Below are positions 9,152 through 17,913 of a stretch of DNA of 64,000 nucleotides, in pieces; position 1 is the stretch's first letter, and every line of letters begins with the position of its first letter. Below the pieces are notes generated by a model. The model searched no databases. It worked only from the letters and a program-made list of their open reading frames with translations, and was not told where the DNA came from. Made by a program: the position numbers and the translations under genes. This stretch comes from an uncultured Gemmatimonadaceae bacterium (GTDB lineage Bacteria; Gemmatimonadota; Gemmatimonadetes; Gemmatimonadales; Gemmatimonadaceae): contig CAVVTZ010000009.1 in the NCBI GenBank assembly GCA_963751275.1, forward strand, positions 96,001-160,000, written 5' to 3'.

Positions 9152-10527
9152 CGTCACCACTCGCCCCCGACCTCGAGCAGTTCCTCGCCAAGAACGACAA
9201 GAAAGCGCACGAGGAACTGTTCGACTTCCTGCGCATGCCGAGTGTGAGCGCGCGTTCGGAACACACCCCCGACATCCGGAAGTGCGCCGCCTGGGTGCAG
9301 GCGGCGCTCAAGACCGCCGGGATGAAGGCGGAGATCATGGAGACCGGCGGGCATCCCGTGGTGCTGGGCGAGTGGCGCGGGGCGGGGGAGAAGGCGCCCA
9401 CCGTGCTGGTGTACGGGCACTACGACGTGCAGCCGGCCGAGCCGCTGGACCTGTGGACGACGCCGCCCTTCGAACCGGTGATCCGCGATGGCCGCATCTA
9501 CGCGCGCGGCTCGGTGGACGACAAGGGGCAGCTGTTCCTGCACATCAAGGCGATCCAGGCGCACCTGAGCGCGCGCGGCAAGCTGCCGGTGAACATGATC
9601 GTGCTCGCGGAGGGCGAAGAGGAGGTGGGGAGCGAGAATCTCGAGAAATTCATCGAGAAGCATTCCGAGCGGCTCGCGTGCGACTACGTGGTGATCTCGG
9701 ATTCGTCAATGTTCGCGCCGGGATTGCCGAGCATCCTGAGTTCGCTGCGCGGCCTCGCGTATTTCCAGATCGATGTGCAGGCGGCGGCGGGCGATCTGCA
9801 TTCGGGCAGCTATGGCGGCGCCGTGGCGAATCCGGCCACGGTGCTGGCGCGGATCATCGCCAGCTTCCATGACGCGAACGGCCACGTCGCGATCCCGGGT
9901 TTCTACGACAAAGTGCGCGAATGGGATGCCGCATCGCGCGAGGCGCTGCGCAAGCTGCCCTTCAGCGACAAGACTTTCCTGGAAGAAGCCACCGCGCCGG
10001 CCGCCGTTGGTGAGAAGGGCTATTCGACGCTCGAGCGCGTATGGGCACGGCCGACGTGCGAGGTGAACGGCCTGCTGAGCGGGTACACGGGCGAGGGCGC
10101 GAAGACGGTGCTGCCCGCGAAGGCGATGGCGAAGGTGAGCTGCCGCCTCGTGCCCGATCAGTCACCGACCGAGATCGAGCAATTGATGAAGGCGCATATC
10201 AAGGCCGTGACCCCGCCGGGTGTGACGGTGACGGTGGAGCATTTGCATGGCGGCCGTCCCTGGCGCGCGGAGCTCTCGGGGCCATTGTTCGACGCCGCGC
10301 GGCGCGCCTTGAAGACGGCGTTCGCGAAGGACCCGGTGATCGTGGGGGAGGGAGGGTCGATTCCCGTTGTCGGCGATTTCCAACGCGTGCTGGGGGCGCC
10401 TGTTCTGCTAGTGGGATTTGGATTGCCGGGGGAGAATGCGCATGCGCCGAATGAGTGGATGAGTGATGTGAATTTTGTGAAGGGGATGCGTGCGATGGCG
10501 GCGTTGTGGGATGAATTGAAAGGCTGA
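9148..10527 (+). CDS. M20 family dipeptidase
   Basis: YGHYDVQP, ARGSVDDKGQ, EGEEE, DLHSG, AHAPNE. Confidence 0.93.
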   Translation: MTSPLAPDLEQFLAKNDKKAHEELFDFLRMPSVSARSEHTPDIRKCAAWVQAALKTAGMKAEIMETGGHPVVLGEWRGAGEKAPTVLVYGHYDVQPAEPLDLWTTPPFEPVIRDGRIYARGSVDDKGQLFLHIKAIQAHLSARGKLPVNMIVLAEGEEEVGSENLEKFIEKHSERLACDYVVISDSSMFAPGLPSILSSLRGLAYFQIDVQAAAGDLHSGSYGGAVANPATVLARIIASFHDANGHVAIPGFYDKVREWDAASREALRKLPFSDKTFLEEATAPAAVGEKGYSTLERVWARPTCEVNGLLSGYTGEGAKTVLPAKAMAKVSCRLVPDQSPTEIEQLMKAHIKAVTPPGVTVTVEHLHGGRPWRAELSGPLFDAARRALKTAFAKDPVIVGEGGSIPVVGDFQRVLGAPVLLVGFGLPGENAHAPNEWMSDVNFVKGMRAMAALWDELKG

Positions 10528-10538
10528 ACTACAGTCCA

Positions 10539-10785
10539 TCACCTGCACGCTTCACGTTGCAGTAAACAGCAAACAGTCCCCAGAATGGCACGGCAGTCGA
10601 CAGTCAACAGTCAACAGCTCACAGCAATCCGATCACGAACGACGCGGGCCTCTCGATCCTGAATCGGAATCGAGAGGCCCGCTCGCCCGCTGTAATGTTT
10701 TCTGTGAACTGTTGACTGTTGACTGTCGACTGGCAGTCACTTGTGACTGTTTGCTGTTTACTGCAAAGTCAGGCGTGCAAGTGAC
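10539..10785. repeat. Long inverted repeat with ACAGTCA heptamer arrays and central 14-bp hairpin; possible bidirectional terminator
   Basis: gcagtaaacagcaaacagt / actgtttgctgtttactgc; cagtcgacagtcaacagtcaacag / ctgttgactgttgactgtcgactg; centre gcgggcctctcgat...atcgagaggcccgc; lies between convergent genes. Confidence 0.85.
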
Positions 10786-10805
10786 AGTAGTAAACAGTTC
10801 AGCGG

Positions 10806-12359
10806 CTAGAGCCCAGAGAGCAGCGCGTCGTTATTCGTCGTCGCCCCGATCCGCTTGATCAACCACTCCATCGCCGCCTGCGGCGGCATCTGCCCCAGCC
10901 CGCGGCGCAATGTATACACCGCCTCGATCTGGTCCGCCTTGAACAATTTCTCTTCCTTCCGCGTGCCCGACGTCGCGATATCGATCGCCGGATAGATCCG
11001 CTTCTCCGCAAGCGAGCGGTCGAGCTTGATCTCGCAATTGCCCGTTCCCTTGAACTCCTCGAAGATCACGTCGTCCATCCGCGAGCCCGTCTCCACGAGC
11101 GCGGTGGCGATGATCGTCAATGATCCGCCGCCGTTCTCGGGGGCGACGCAGCGCGCCGAACCGAAGAACGCCTTGGGTTTCGCCATCGCGGTCGCATCCA
11201 ATCCGCCGCTCAGCGTGCGTCCCGTGCCGCGCTCCACGGAATTGTACGCGCGCGCCATGCGGGTGAGCGAATCGAGCACGATCACGACATCCCGCCCGCT
11301 CTCCACCAGGCGCCGCGCGCGCTCGAGCACCATCTCGGTGACCTCGGTGTGCCGCTCCGCGGGCTGGTCGAAGCTCGACGCGATCACTTCGCCGCGTCCC
11401 CACGAGATCATTTCGCTCACTTCTTCGGGCCGCTCATCGACGAGCAGCACGAGCAGCGCCGCCTCGGGGTGATTGAGCGCCACGCCCTCCGTGATCGCCT
11501 GCAGCAGCATCGTCTTGCCGGCGCGCGCGGGCGCCACGATCAGCGCGCGCTGGCCGTAGCCAATGGGCGCGATGAGATCGATCGCGCGGCGCGTGAGCTC
11601 CGGTCCCCCCTTCGCGGGGCGGCCCGTCTCGAGGGTCAGTTTGCGGTCGGGATACGAGGCGATGAGCGCGGTGAAATCGGTGCGCTTGAGCGCGAGCGCC
11701 GGATCGGCCTCGTTGATCGTGAGGATCTCAGCGACGACGGTACGGCCCCGATGATCGTGCCCCGTGCTCGCTTCCACCAGATCGCCGCGGCGCAGCGCGA
11801 ACTGCCGCACCAAGTGCAGCGGGACGAACGCGTCGGCCGGCGTCGGGAGGTAACTCTCGGCGGCGCGGCGAATGTACCCGCCGTCGCGGCCCGCATCGAA
11901 CCATCCGAGCGTGGCGCCATCCGGGACGATCGGCACCGGCGGGCCGGAAGGCACGTGCTGCTGTTGCTGATTCTGATTCTGCTGATGATCCGGGCGGGGT
12001 CCGCCGCGTCCGCGGCCGCGCCGCCCGCGGCGGCCATTGTTCCGCTGTTCATTGTGCTGCTGCGGCCGGTGCTGGTGCCGCGGATTCTGATTCCCGCCGC
12101 TGTTCATCTCGCCGGCGCCGCTCCCGCCTCCGCCGCTTCCGCTGTCCGAAGGCATCGCCCCCTCGCCGCCGCCCGTCGCATCGGAAGCGCCTTGCTCCGT
12201 CCCGACGCTGAATGAGCCGCCGCCGCTCTCGCCGGAGGACGTAGGCTGGTCGTCGCGATAGGGACTCGATTCCATGTTCGGATCACGGTTGGGGTCACGG
12301 TTCGGGCGGTGCGGTCTATTCCCGCGACCGCGCCGGGGCGGACGTCTGCGTTCGTTCAT
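10806..12359 (-). CDS. rho: Transcription termination factor Rho with long low-complexity N-terminus
   Basis: APARAGKT, DERPEEV, LDSLTRMARAYN, ETGSRMDDVIFEEFKGTGN. Confidence 0.95.
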   Translation of the reverse strand: MNERRRPPRRGRGNRPHRPNRDPNRDPNMESSPYRDDQPTSSGESGGGSFSVGTEQGASDATGGGEGAMPSDSGSGGGGSGAGEMNSGGNQNPRHQHRPQQHNEQRNNGRRGRRGRGRGGPRPDHQQNQNQQQQHVPSGPPVPIVPDGATLGWFDAGRDGGYIRRAAESYLPTPADAFVPLHLVRQFALRRGDLVEASTGHDHRGRTVVAEILTINEADPALALKRTDFTALIASYPDRKLTLETGRPAKGGPELTRRAIDLIAPIGYGQRALIVAPARAGKTMLLQAITEGVALNHPEAALLVLLVDERPEEVSEMISWGRGEVIASSFDQPAERHTEVTEMVLERARRLVESGRDVVIVLDSLTRMARAYNSVERGTGRTLSGGLDATAMAKPKAFFGSARCVAPENGGGSLTIIATALVETGSRMDDVIFEEFKGTGNCEIKLDRSLAEKRIYPAIDIATSGTRKEEKLFKADQIEAVYTLRRGLGQMPPQAAMEWLIKRIGATTNNDALLSGL

Positions 12360-12727
12360 GCGGTGTGGCGTGATGGAAGGTGTGCGTCGCGCAGCGCCGC
12401 GCCGTCCCGATTGGACGGATGCCGGCCGCGCCTCGTGCTTCAATGTGTTGCTGCGATATGGTGCACTCTCTAGGAACAACGGGCCCGCGGGGCGCGGACA
12501 CTGCACGCGCGATCCGGGTTGCGACCAGCCATGATGCGTTGCGCGGCGCGAACGACGCGACCGCCAAACGGCACCGCCTGGGCCCTGCGATCTGACTTGG
12601 GATGGCCGACGGTCACCCGCTCCGCGGCCCCCTCAATTCTCGCCAATCCACCGCGATTCCGCAACACCCACCCTGACTACAGACCTGCCCGAACAAGCGC
12701 CGCGGTCGATCCTACAGACCGGCAGTA

Positions 12728-12918
12728 GCACCCCGAACTCCGTCCTTCGTCCCCCGAACTCCGCCATTGGCGATTGACGTGTGGTACCAGCTACGGCGTT
12801 GCTGGCATGGTGTAAACGCCATGCCAAGTACGTTTGAGCCGTTGCCACACCTTAGTGGCCAATAGCGGAGTTCGGGGGCCAACAACGTTGTTCGGGGTTC
12901 GACTAACGTTGTTCGGAC
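12728..12918. repeat. Inverted-repeat element, family A-related
   Basis: ccccgaactccgccattggc / gccaatagcggagttcgggg arms; central hairpin tggcatgg...ccatgcca. Confidence 0.75.
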
Positions 12919-12926
12919 CGCGCCCG

Positions 12927-13187
12927 CTACCTCTTATTCTTCTCCGCCACGGAGCGCTCAAGATCTCGCACCAGCGCAATGATCCGGCGCACGATGTCGA
13001 TCATGCGGTCCACCGCCGCGCCCTGCTCGGGGCCCAGCCCCGGCTCGGTGCGCAACAGCTGCGCCTCGGCGAGGAGCGCGGCCAACGGATTGTTGAGTTG
13101 ATGCTGCACGAGCGCCGTCAGCCGTTGCAATTCCGGCGACGAGAGCGGCTCCTGCTCTTTGGACGATGACTCTTTCGGCGGCGTCAC
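12927..13187 (-). CDS. Stand-alone HisKA (DHp) domain protein, about 86 aa
   Basis: H-box VQHQLNNPLAALL; strong RBS gaggggagg before GTG 13187. Confidence 0.7.
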   Translation of the reverse strand: MTPPKESSSKEQEPLSSPELQRLTALVQHQLNNPLAALLAEAQLLRTEPGLGPEQGAAVDRMIDIVRRIIALVRDLERSVAEKNKR

Positions 13188-13232
13188 GCGCGGTGCCTCC
13201 CCTCGGGTCTCTACTATATCTTCAGGACACTC

Positions 13233-13832
13233 ATGGGTTCCCCTAAGATACCGGGTGGCACCGCCGCCGAGCTCGCGAGCGCCGTGGAGAGCTATCGCGA
13301 GACGAACGATTTCTCCGTGCTCCTCGACCGGCTGCTCGCCATCTCGGTGGCCGCCGATCTCGAAGAACTGATCGCCGCCGTCGAGCCATACCGGACGATC
13401 CCGGAGATCGCCGGCCCGGTGTACGAGCGCGTGGTGGCGGAGCGTCCGCACGATGCCCGCGCGCTCGTGACGCTCGCCAACTCGTACTGGCTGAGCGGCC
13501 GCGGCGCCGAGGCCACCGGCGAACTCGCGCAGCGCGCGATGGCCGCCGACCCGGAGAATCGTGCGGCGTGGCATCTCTGGGCGCTCACCGAACCCGAGCC
13601 GCGCGCGCGCATGACGCGATGGAAGCAGGTGAGCGAGCGCTTTCCGGCCGACGACCTCGCGCGCGCGACGCTCGCCGACGCCGCCGCGAGCGTGGCCGGC
13701 GCCGAGCGGGACCGCGAGGCGCTGCAGCTGGCGATCCGGAGCTACGACGCACTGCTCAAGACGGCGGCTCTCCCGGAGCAGAAGGCCGCCCTTGAGAGTG
13801 CGCTAACTACGTTGCGCGCCTGGAATCTCTGA
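13233..13832 (+). CDS. TPR-like helical hypothetical protein
   Basis: ARALVTLANSYWLSGR...AMAADPEN TPR-like repeat. Confidence 0.7.
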   Translation: MGSPKIPGGTAAELASAVESYRETNDFSVLLDRLLAISVAADLEELIAAVEPYRTIPEIAGPVYERVVAERPHDARALVTLANSYWLSGRGAEATGELAQRAMAADPENRAAWHLWALTEPEPRARMTRWKQVSERFPADDLARATLADAAASVAGAERDREALQLAIRSYDALLKTAALPEQKAALESALTTLRAWNL

Positions 13833-13841
13833 ACCGCAGTC

Positions 13842-13862
13842 CTAGACGCTAGACGCTACACG
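13842..13862. repeat. Heptamer tandem CTAGACG
   Basis: ctagacg ctagacg ctacacg. Confidence 0.65.
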
Positions 13863-13884
13863 CTGTGACGCGGGATTCCGACCT

Positions 13885-14709
13885 TCAATGGAAATGAAAC
13901 ATGAACGGCATCTCCACCCATTGTGCCACCGGGCAACCGTTGGACATTGCCGGCGTCCACCGGTACTGCGCGACCGCGGCGATCACGGCGTCAACGTATT
14001 CCTTGTGCTTCCCTTCCACGGCGCGCACGCTGTCCATCACGGGGCGGCCATCGCGGCCCACCAGCACCTGCACGATCACGTCGTCCTCGACGCGCGCGTC
14101 CTCCAGCTTCTTCGGCCACTTCGGGTAGATGTTCGTGGGGATGAGGTGCGCGGAGCGGTCGATCGTGTTGAGCGGCCGCAGCGCCATCAGTTTCTGCGGA
14201 TAGAATCCGAGCGACGGATCGAGCGACAGCTGGATGCGCATCTGCAGGGTGTCGCGGCCGTCGGTGGAGAAGAAGCTCACCTTGTCGACGCCCATTTGTT
14301 CCGCGGCGTTGATCAGCGCCGAATCCATGCGCGCGTCGGCGGTGGTGAGTTTGAGATGGATCTTGTCCACGCGGCCGTCCGCGCTCTGCGTGAAGCGCAC
14401 TTGGCCCAGCATCGGCATGAACGTGTTCGCGCCGCTCGCGCGCAGCTTCACCATCGTCGCCGCGGCCGCCTGCATGGAACTGAGATCCATCGGCTGGATG
14501 AACCGCGCGACGTACTCCTGCAGCAGCGACCCTCGCAGCCGCCGCAGCTCCGCGCTCTCGGAACTATCCTGCGGTATCGAAGCGAACACGGTGAGGATCG
14601 GGCTGATCCCGTGTGAAGCGGGATCCGTGGCGCACTGCGCGCCCGGCGACTGCGCGGGAACGGAGACCAGAAGGCAGCTGAGAATCTGGACTCGCGCCGC
14701 CATTCTCAT
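13885..14709 (-). CDS. Secreted protein with TonB C-terminal domain
   Basis: Signal peptide; YPKWP...VQVLVGRDG...WTPAMSNGCPV...PFMF. Start uncertain. Confidence 0.7.
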   Translation of the reverse strand: MRMAARVQILSCLLVSVPAQSPGAQCATDPASHGISPILTVFASIPQDSSESAELRRLRGSLLQEYVARFIQPMDLSSMQAAAATMVKLRASGANTFMPMLGQVRFTQSADGRVDKIHLKLTTADARMDSALINAAEQMGVDKVSFFSTDGRDTLQMRIQLSLDPSLGFYPQKLMALRPLNTIDRSAHLIPTNIYPKWPKKLEDARVEDDVIVQVLVGRDGRPVMDSVRAVEGKHKEYVDAVIAAVAQYRWTPAMSNGCPVAQWVEMPFMFHFH

Positions 14710-14765
14710 TCGCACCCTCCGAACCGTTGGCGACAGCCGTCAGCCGTCAGTCTGCCGTTAGGCTC

Positions 14766-15167
14766 TTAGGCTCTCGCTCCCTTCTTCTTCCCCGCGAGCC
14801 CCGTCAGCACTCCCAACAGCTCCGTCAGATCGAACGGCTTCGCGATCACCGGGCATCCGCACGCGTCGATCAGGTCCATCGCGTGATCGCTCGAGTCGCC
14901 GGTGGTGAACACGGTGCACGCGCGCAGCTGCGGCTGCAGGCTCGCCGCCAGCTCGAAGAGCACGTCGCCGCGCATGTCCGGCACCCGCAGGTCCACCACC
15001 ATGAAGTCGAAGTGTTCGGTGCGCAACAGGGCGAGCGCCACCTCGCCGCTTTCGACGGCCCGCACGTCGTATCCGTTCCGCGTGAACGCGATGGTCAATG
15101 CGCGGCAGATGGACGGTTCATCGTCCACCACGAGGATCCGCGCATGCTCATTGAACAGCCTCATCAT
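14766..15167 (-). CDS. Single-domain response regulator (CheY-like)
   Basis: ILVVDDE, VVDLRVP, TG, KPF. Confidence 0.88.
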   Translation of the reverse strand: MMRLFNEHARILVVDDEPSICRALTIAFTRNGYDVRAVESGEVALALLRTEHFDFMVVDLRVPDMRGDVLFELAASLQPQLRACTVFTTGDSSDHAMDLIDACGCPVIAKPFDLTELLGVLTGLAGKKKGARA

Positions 15168-15948
15168 CCCTCTCTCCCTGACGGCGCATCATCGCCGTTA
15201 ACACTTCCATGAACCGCTCGGGCGGCAACCGCTCCCGAAGGGTCGACGGGGAAAGTCCCGTCGTCGCCCGCACCTGCCGCGAGAAGACCCGCGGCGAGGC
15301 GTACCCCAGCTTCTTCGTGATGTCCTCCAGCAGGTACCCTTTCTCTCCCAGATAGTGGTACGCCTGCGCGAGCCGCGCGGTGAAGATCAGCACTCTCGCC
15401 GAGGCGAGTCCCCGCTTCACCAGCCACCGGTCCAAGTTGCGGCGCGTCATGCCCGCGGCGTGCGCGAGCGATTCGACGCCCTGGATCAGGTGCGGCGCTT
15501 CGTACATCCGCGCGAGCGCCCGTTGCAGCAGCGGCATCGCGCCTTCCAACCGGTCGTTGATCGACGCCAGCGCCGCTCCGCCAAGCCGGTGCGCCGGCAG
15601 CCGCTCGAGCATCTCCTTCAAGCGGCGCGGTTCATCGTCGAAGCCGCGCAACACCACGTGCCGCACGCCGCGCTGCGCGAGCGATACGGTGGTCCTCAAC
15701 GTCTCCGCCGCGAGCGAGGTGTAGACCACCACCGGCAGCGTCGGATACCGCTCCATCAATTCGAACACCGGCTCGATCTCGGTGCTGCCATCGACCCGCG
15801 GGTCGATCACGAGCACATCGACGGGTTGCTTCCGCACGACGGAGATGAGTTCGGTCCAGCCGGTGACACCGGTCAGACCGTGCTCATCGCCCAGCACGCG
15901 GCGCAAATAGGCGAGGACGGGAGGAGGGAGGCGGGCGGCGACTTCCAA
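15148..15948 (-). CDS. AraC/XylS-family regulator with degenerate receiver-like N-domain
   Basis: C-terminal double HTH: LAHAAGMTRRNLDR...LEDITKKLGYASPRVFSRQVRATTGLSP; N-terminal DVLVID / VVVYTS. Confidence 0.85.
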   Translation of the reverse strand: MEVAARLPPPVLAYLRRVLGDEHGLTGVTGWTELISVVRKQPVDVLVIDPRVDGSTEIEPVFELMERYPTLPVVVYTSLAAETLRTTVSLAQRGVRHVVLRGFDDEPRRLKEMLERLPAHRLGGAALASINDRLEGAMPLLQRALARMYEAPHLIQGVESLAHAAGMTRRNLDRWLVKRGLASARVLIFTARLAQAYHYLGEKGYLLEDITKKLGYASPRVFSRQVRATTGLSPSTLRERLPPERFMEVLTAMMRRQGERDDEAVQ

Positions 15949-15964
15949 GGGGGGACACTAAGGT

Positions 15965-16029
15965 TGTCCTAAAAACGCACCTTACTGTCCGAAAATGCTC
16001 GTCTGCCCCGAAGAACGCTACGGTAGCTT
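15965..16029 (+). promoter_or_regulatory. Putative activator-dependent promoter: TGTCC direct repeats 21 bp apart plus -10-like TAGCTT
   Basis: TGTCCTAAAA at 15965, TGTCCGAAAA at 15986, TAGCTT at 16024; same geometry as 17517-17581. Confidence 0.6.
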
Positions 16030-16074
16030 TGCCTGCGAGTGGAACCGCCGTCCCAACTCCCACGCGAGGCTACC

Positions 16075-16206
16075 ATGATCCGTCGCCTGTTCGCCCTACT
16101 CGTTCTCGTCGCCGCCGCCTCTGCCGCCACGGCGTGCACTTCGCCCACCGCCCCGAAGGCCGACTGCGCCGTCACCGGCGGCAGCGGGAACTGCGCCAGC
16201 CGCTAG
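16075..16206 (+). CDS. 43-aa lipoprotein-signal peptide precursor
   Basis: GAGG RBS; MIRRLFALLVLVAAASAATA|CTSPTAPKADCAVTGGSGNCASR; followed by a terminator hairpin. Confidence 0.8.
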   Translation: MIRRLFALLVLVAAASAATACTSPTAPKADCAVTGGSGNCASR

Positions 16207-16226
16207 TTCGCGGCTGACTTTCACGC

Positions 16227-16260
16227 CGAAGGGCCGCGGGCGCCAACCCGCGGCCCTTCG
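16227..16260. terminator. Perfect 14-bp hairpin between convergent peptide and TPR genes
   Basis: cgaagggccgcggg-cgccaa-cccgcggcccttcg. Confidence 0.75.
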
Positions 16261-16267
16261 TGCATCG

Positions 16268-17509
16268 CTACACCTTGATGCCGGCGAGCTCGCGGATCTT
16301 CCGCACGCCCGCCGCCGCTTCTTCCACCATCGGCGTCGTCGCGGCCGGAACGGCCCCCTCGATGGCGATGCCGTCCTTCAAGTCTCCCAGCGCCTGCTCC
16401 GCGTGGAAGACCACCTGGCTCGATTGATGCTGGTGCGCGATCTCGAGCGCGCGCTCCAGTGCCACGCGCGCCTGCTCCGGCCGGTCGAACATCCGGAAGC
16501 CCTGCCCTGAATAGAAGAAGTACCAGGCCGAGAGCACCGGAGGCAGCGCGGCCGTGGAGAGCTCGCGGCGATACTGCTCGAACACCGGCTCGAAGTGATC
16601 CGCGCCGGCGAGCTCCATGAGGTTGATCGTCGCCTGCCAGCGCGTGAACTGCTCCTGCGCCGTGGCCGCGAGCACGAGGTTCGCGTCGCGCGCCGCGGTG
16701 TGCAGCCCGATCTCGAAGAAGCTGGCGGCGAGGTCGGCGAGCACTCGGTCGCGCGAATTGTCGGTGCGCACATCCTGCAGCGCGAGATACTGCATGGCGA
16801 TCGCCGCATCGTAGTCGCCGCGGCGGTGCGCGGTGTGCGCGCGGTCCTGCAGCGCCATCGCGCGGAGCTCCGTCATCCCGAGCTGCTCGGCGTCCAGGAT
16901 CGTCTGGTCGAGGATCGATTCCGCCTCAGGCAGATTGCCACGATCGGTGAGCACGTTCGCCTCGCCGATGCGCGCCTTGAGCATGCTCATGATGTCGCCC
17001 GTGAGCGCGGCGACTTCGCCGGCGCTGCCATACGCGTCCCACGCGTCGTCCCAGCGCGCGAGCGTGCGCGAGCAGGCGGCGATCATGAGGTTCGCGTTGA
17101 TCACGGTGTCCGCGTCGTTGAGCGGGTGGGCGTGCGCGAGCACCGTGCGGTACACATCGGTCGCGAGCGCCCATTCGCCATCCAGCTGCAGCGCGCGCGC
17201 GTACGCCATGAGGCGCGGCGTGACGAAGCGGACACTCGCGAAGGCGCCGGAGGGATCCATCGCCTCGAGGACCTTCAAGAGGAGCGCGCGGCTCGTGCTC
17301 CCATGGTCCATCGCTTCGACCGCTTCGCGCACCGCGCGCATCCCCCACGCATCGGGCGCCGCGACGTGCGGCCCTTCCATGACCCAGGCATCGACGAGTC
17401 GCAGCGTGACGAGTCCCGCGCTCATCGCGCGGAAGGTGGGGCTGCCCGCTTCGAGGTGGGAGATGCGCTCGAAGTACGGGAGATGAGAGAGCGAGGGGCC
17501 GGTGGTCAT
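16268..17509 (-). CDS. Cytoplasmic TPR-like protein, about 413 aa
   Basis: Helical repeats: GEANVLTDRGNLPEAESIL, DRAHTAHRRGDYDAAIA, QARVALERALEIA; no signal peptide or evident HTH. Confidence 0.8.
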   Translation of the reverse strand: MTTGPSLSHLPYFERISHLEAGSPTFRAMSAGLVTLRLVDAWVMEGPHVAAPDAWGMRAVREAVEAMDHGSTSRALLLKVLEAMDPSGAFASVRFVTPRLMAYARALQLDGEWALATDVYRTVLAHAHPLNDADTVINANLMIAACSRTLARWDDAWDAYGSAGEVAALTGDIMSMLKARIGEANVLTDRGNLPEAESILDQTILDAEQLGMTELRAMALQDRAHTAHRRGDYDAAIAMQYLALQDVRTDNSRDRVLADLAASFFEIGLHTAARDANLVLAATAQEQFTRWQATINLMELAGADHFEPVFEQYRRELSTAALPPVLSAWYFFYSGQGFRMFDRPEQARVALERALEIAHQHQSSQVVFHAEQALGDLKDGIAIEGAVPAATTPMVEEAAAGVRKIRELAGIKV

Positions 17510-17516
17510 GGCGCGC

Positions 17517-17581
17517 AAGTTCAGTCCGCGCGAAATGGGCTTCAAGCGTGAATCAGGACAATCAGCGGACGAATTAGGACA
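17517..17581 (-). promoter_or_regulatory. Putative promoter of the TPR gene with TGTCC direct repeats 21 bp apart
   Basis: Sense strand TGTCCTAATT (17581), TGTCCTGATT (17560), TTGAAG-N17-GAACTT. Confidence 0.6.
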
Positions 17582-17603
17582 TTCTTAACTGCCGAACTGC
17601 GAC

Positions 17604-17902
17604 AGTGGCCACCCGAACGCCGTCATTGGTCACCCGAACGCCATGAGGCGTGAGGCGTGCGTCGAACTGACTGTGAGGCGTGACACGAAGCCCGAAGGCC
17701 GTGAGGCGAACCCCGAATCACGTACGTGGCGCCCCAAACTCCGTACGTCGTGAGTGTACTCACGGACTTCGGGGTGCGAGTCACGGCCTTCGGGTCGCGA
17801 CTCGCGGAGTTAGGGATTCGAGTCACGCCCCACAATCAGTTCGGCGCACGCCTCACGCCTCACGGCGTTCGGGGTACCAATGACGGAGTTTGGGTCGCTA
17901 CT
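17604..17902. repeat. Long imperfect palindrome, family A copy 2
   Basis: Shares tgaggcgtgaggcgtgcgtcgaac and a central cgtgagtgtactcacg with 1389-1717. Confidence 0.85.
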
Positions 17903-17913
17903 CTCGCCCCTTC

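Noticed and set aside
7564..10527. 987-aa ORF
   Set aside because: The N-terminal half is an off-frame read of the ArnT-like gene; the peptidase starts at 9148.
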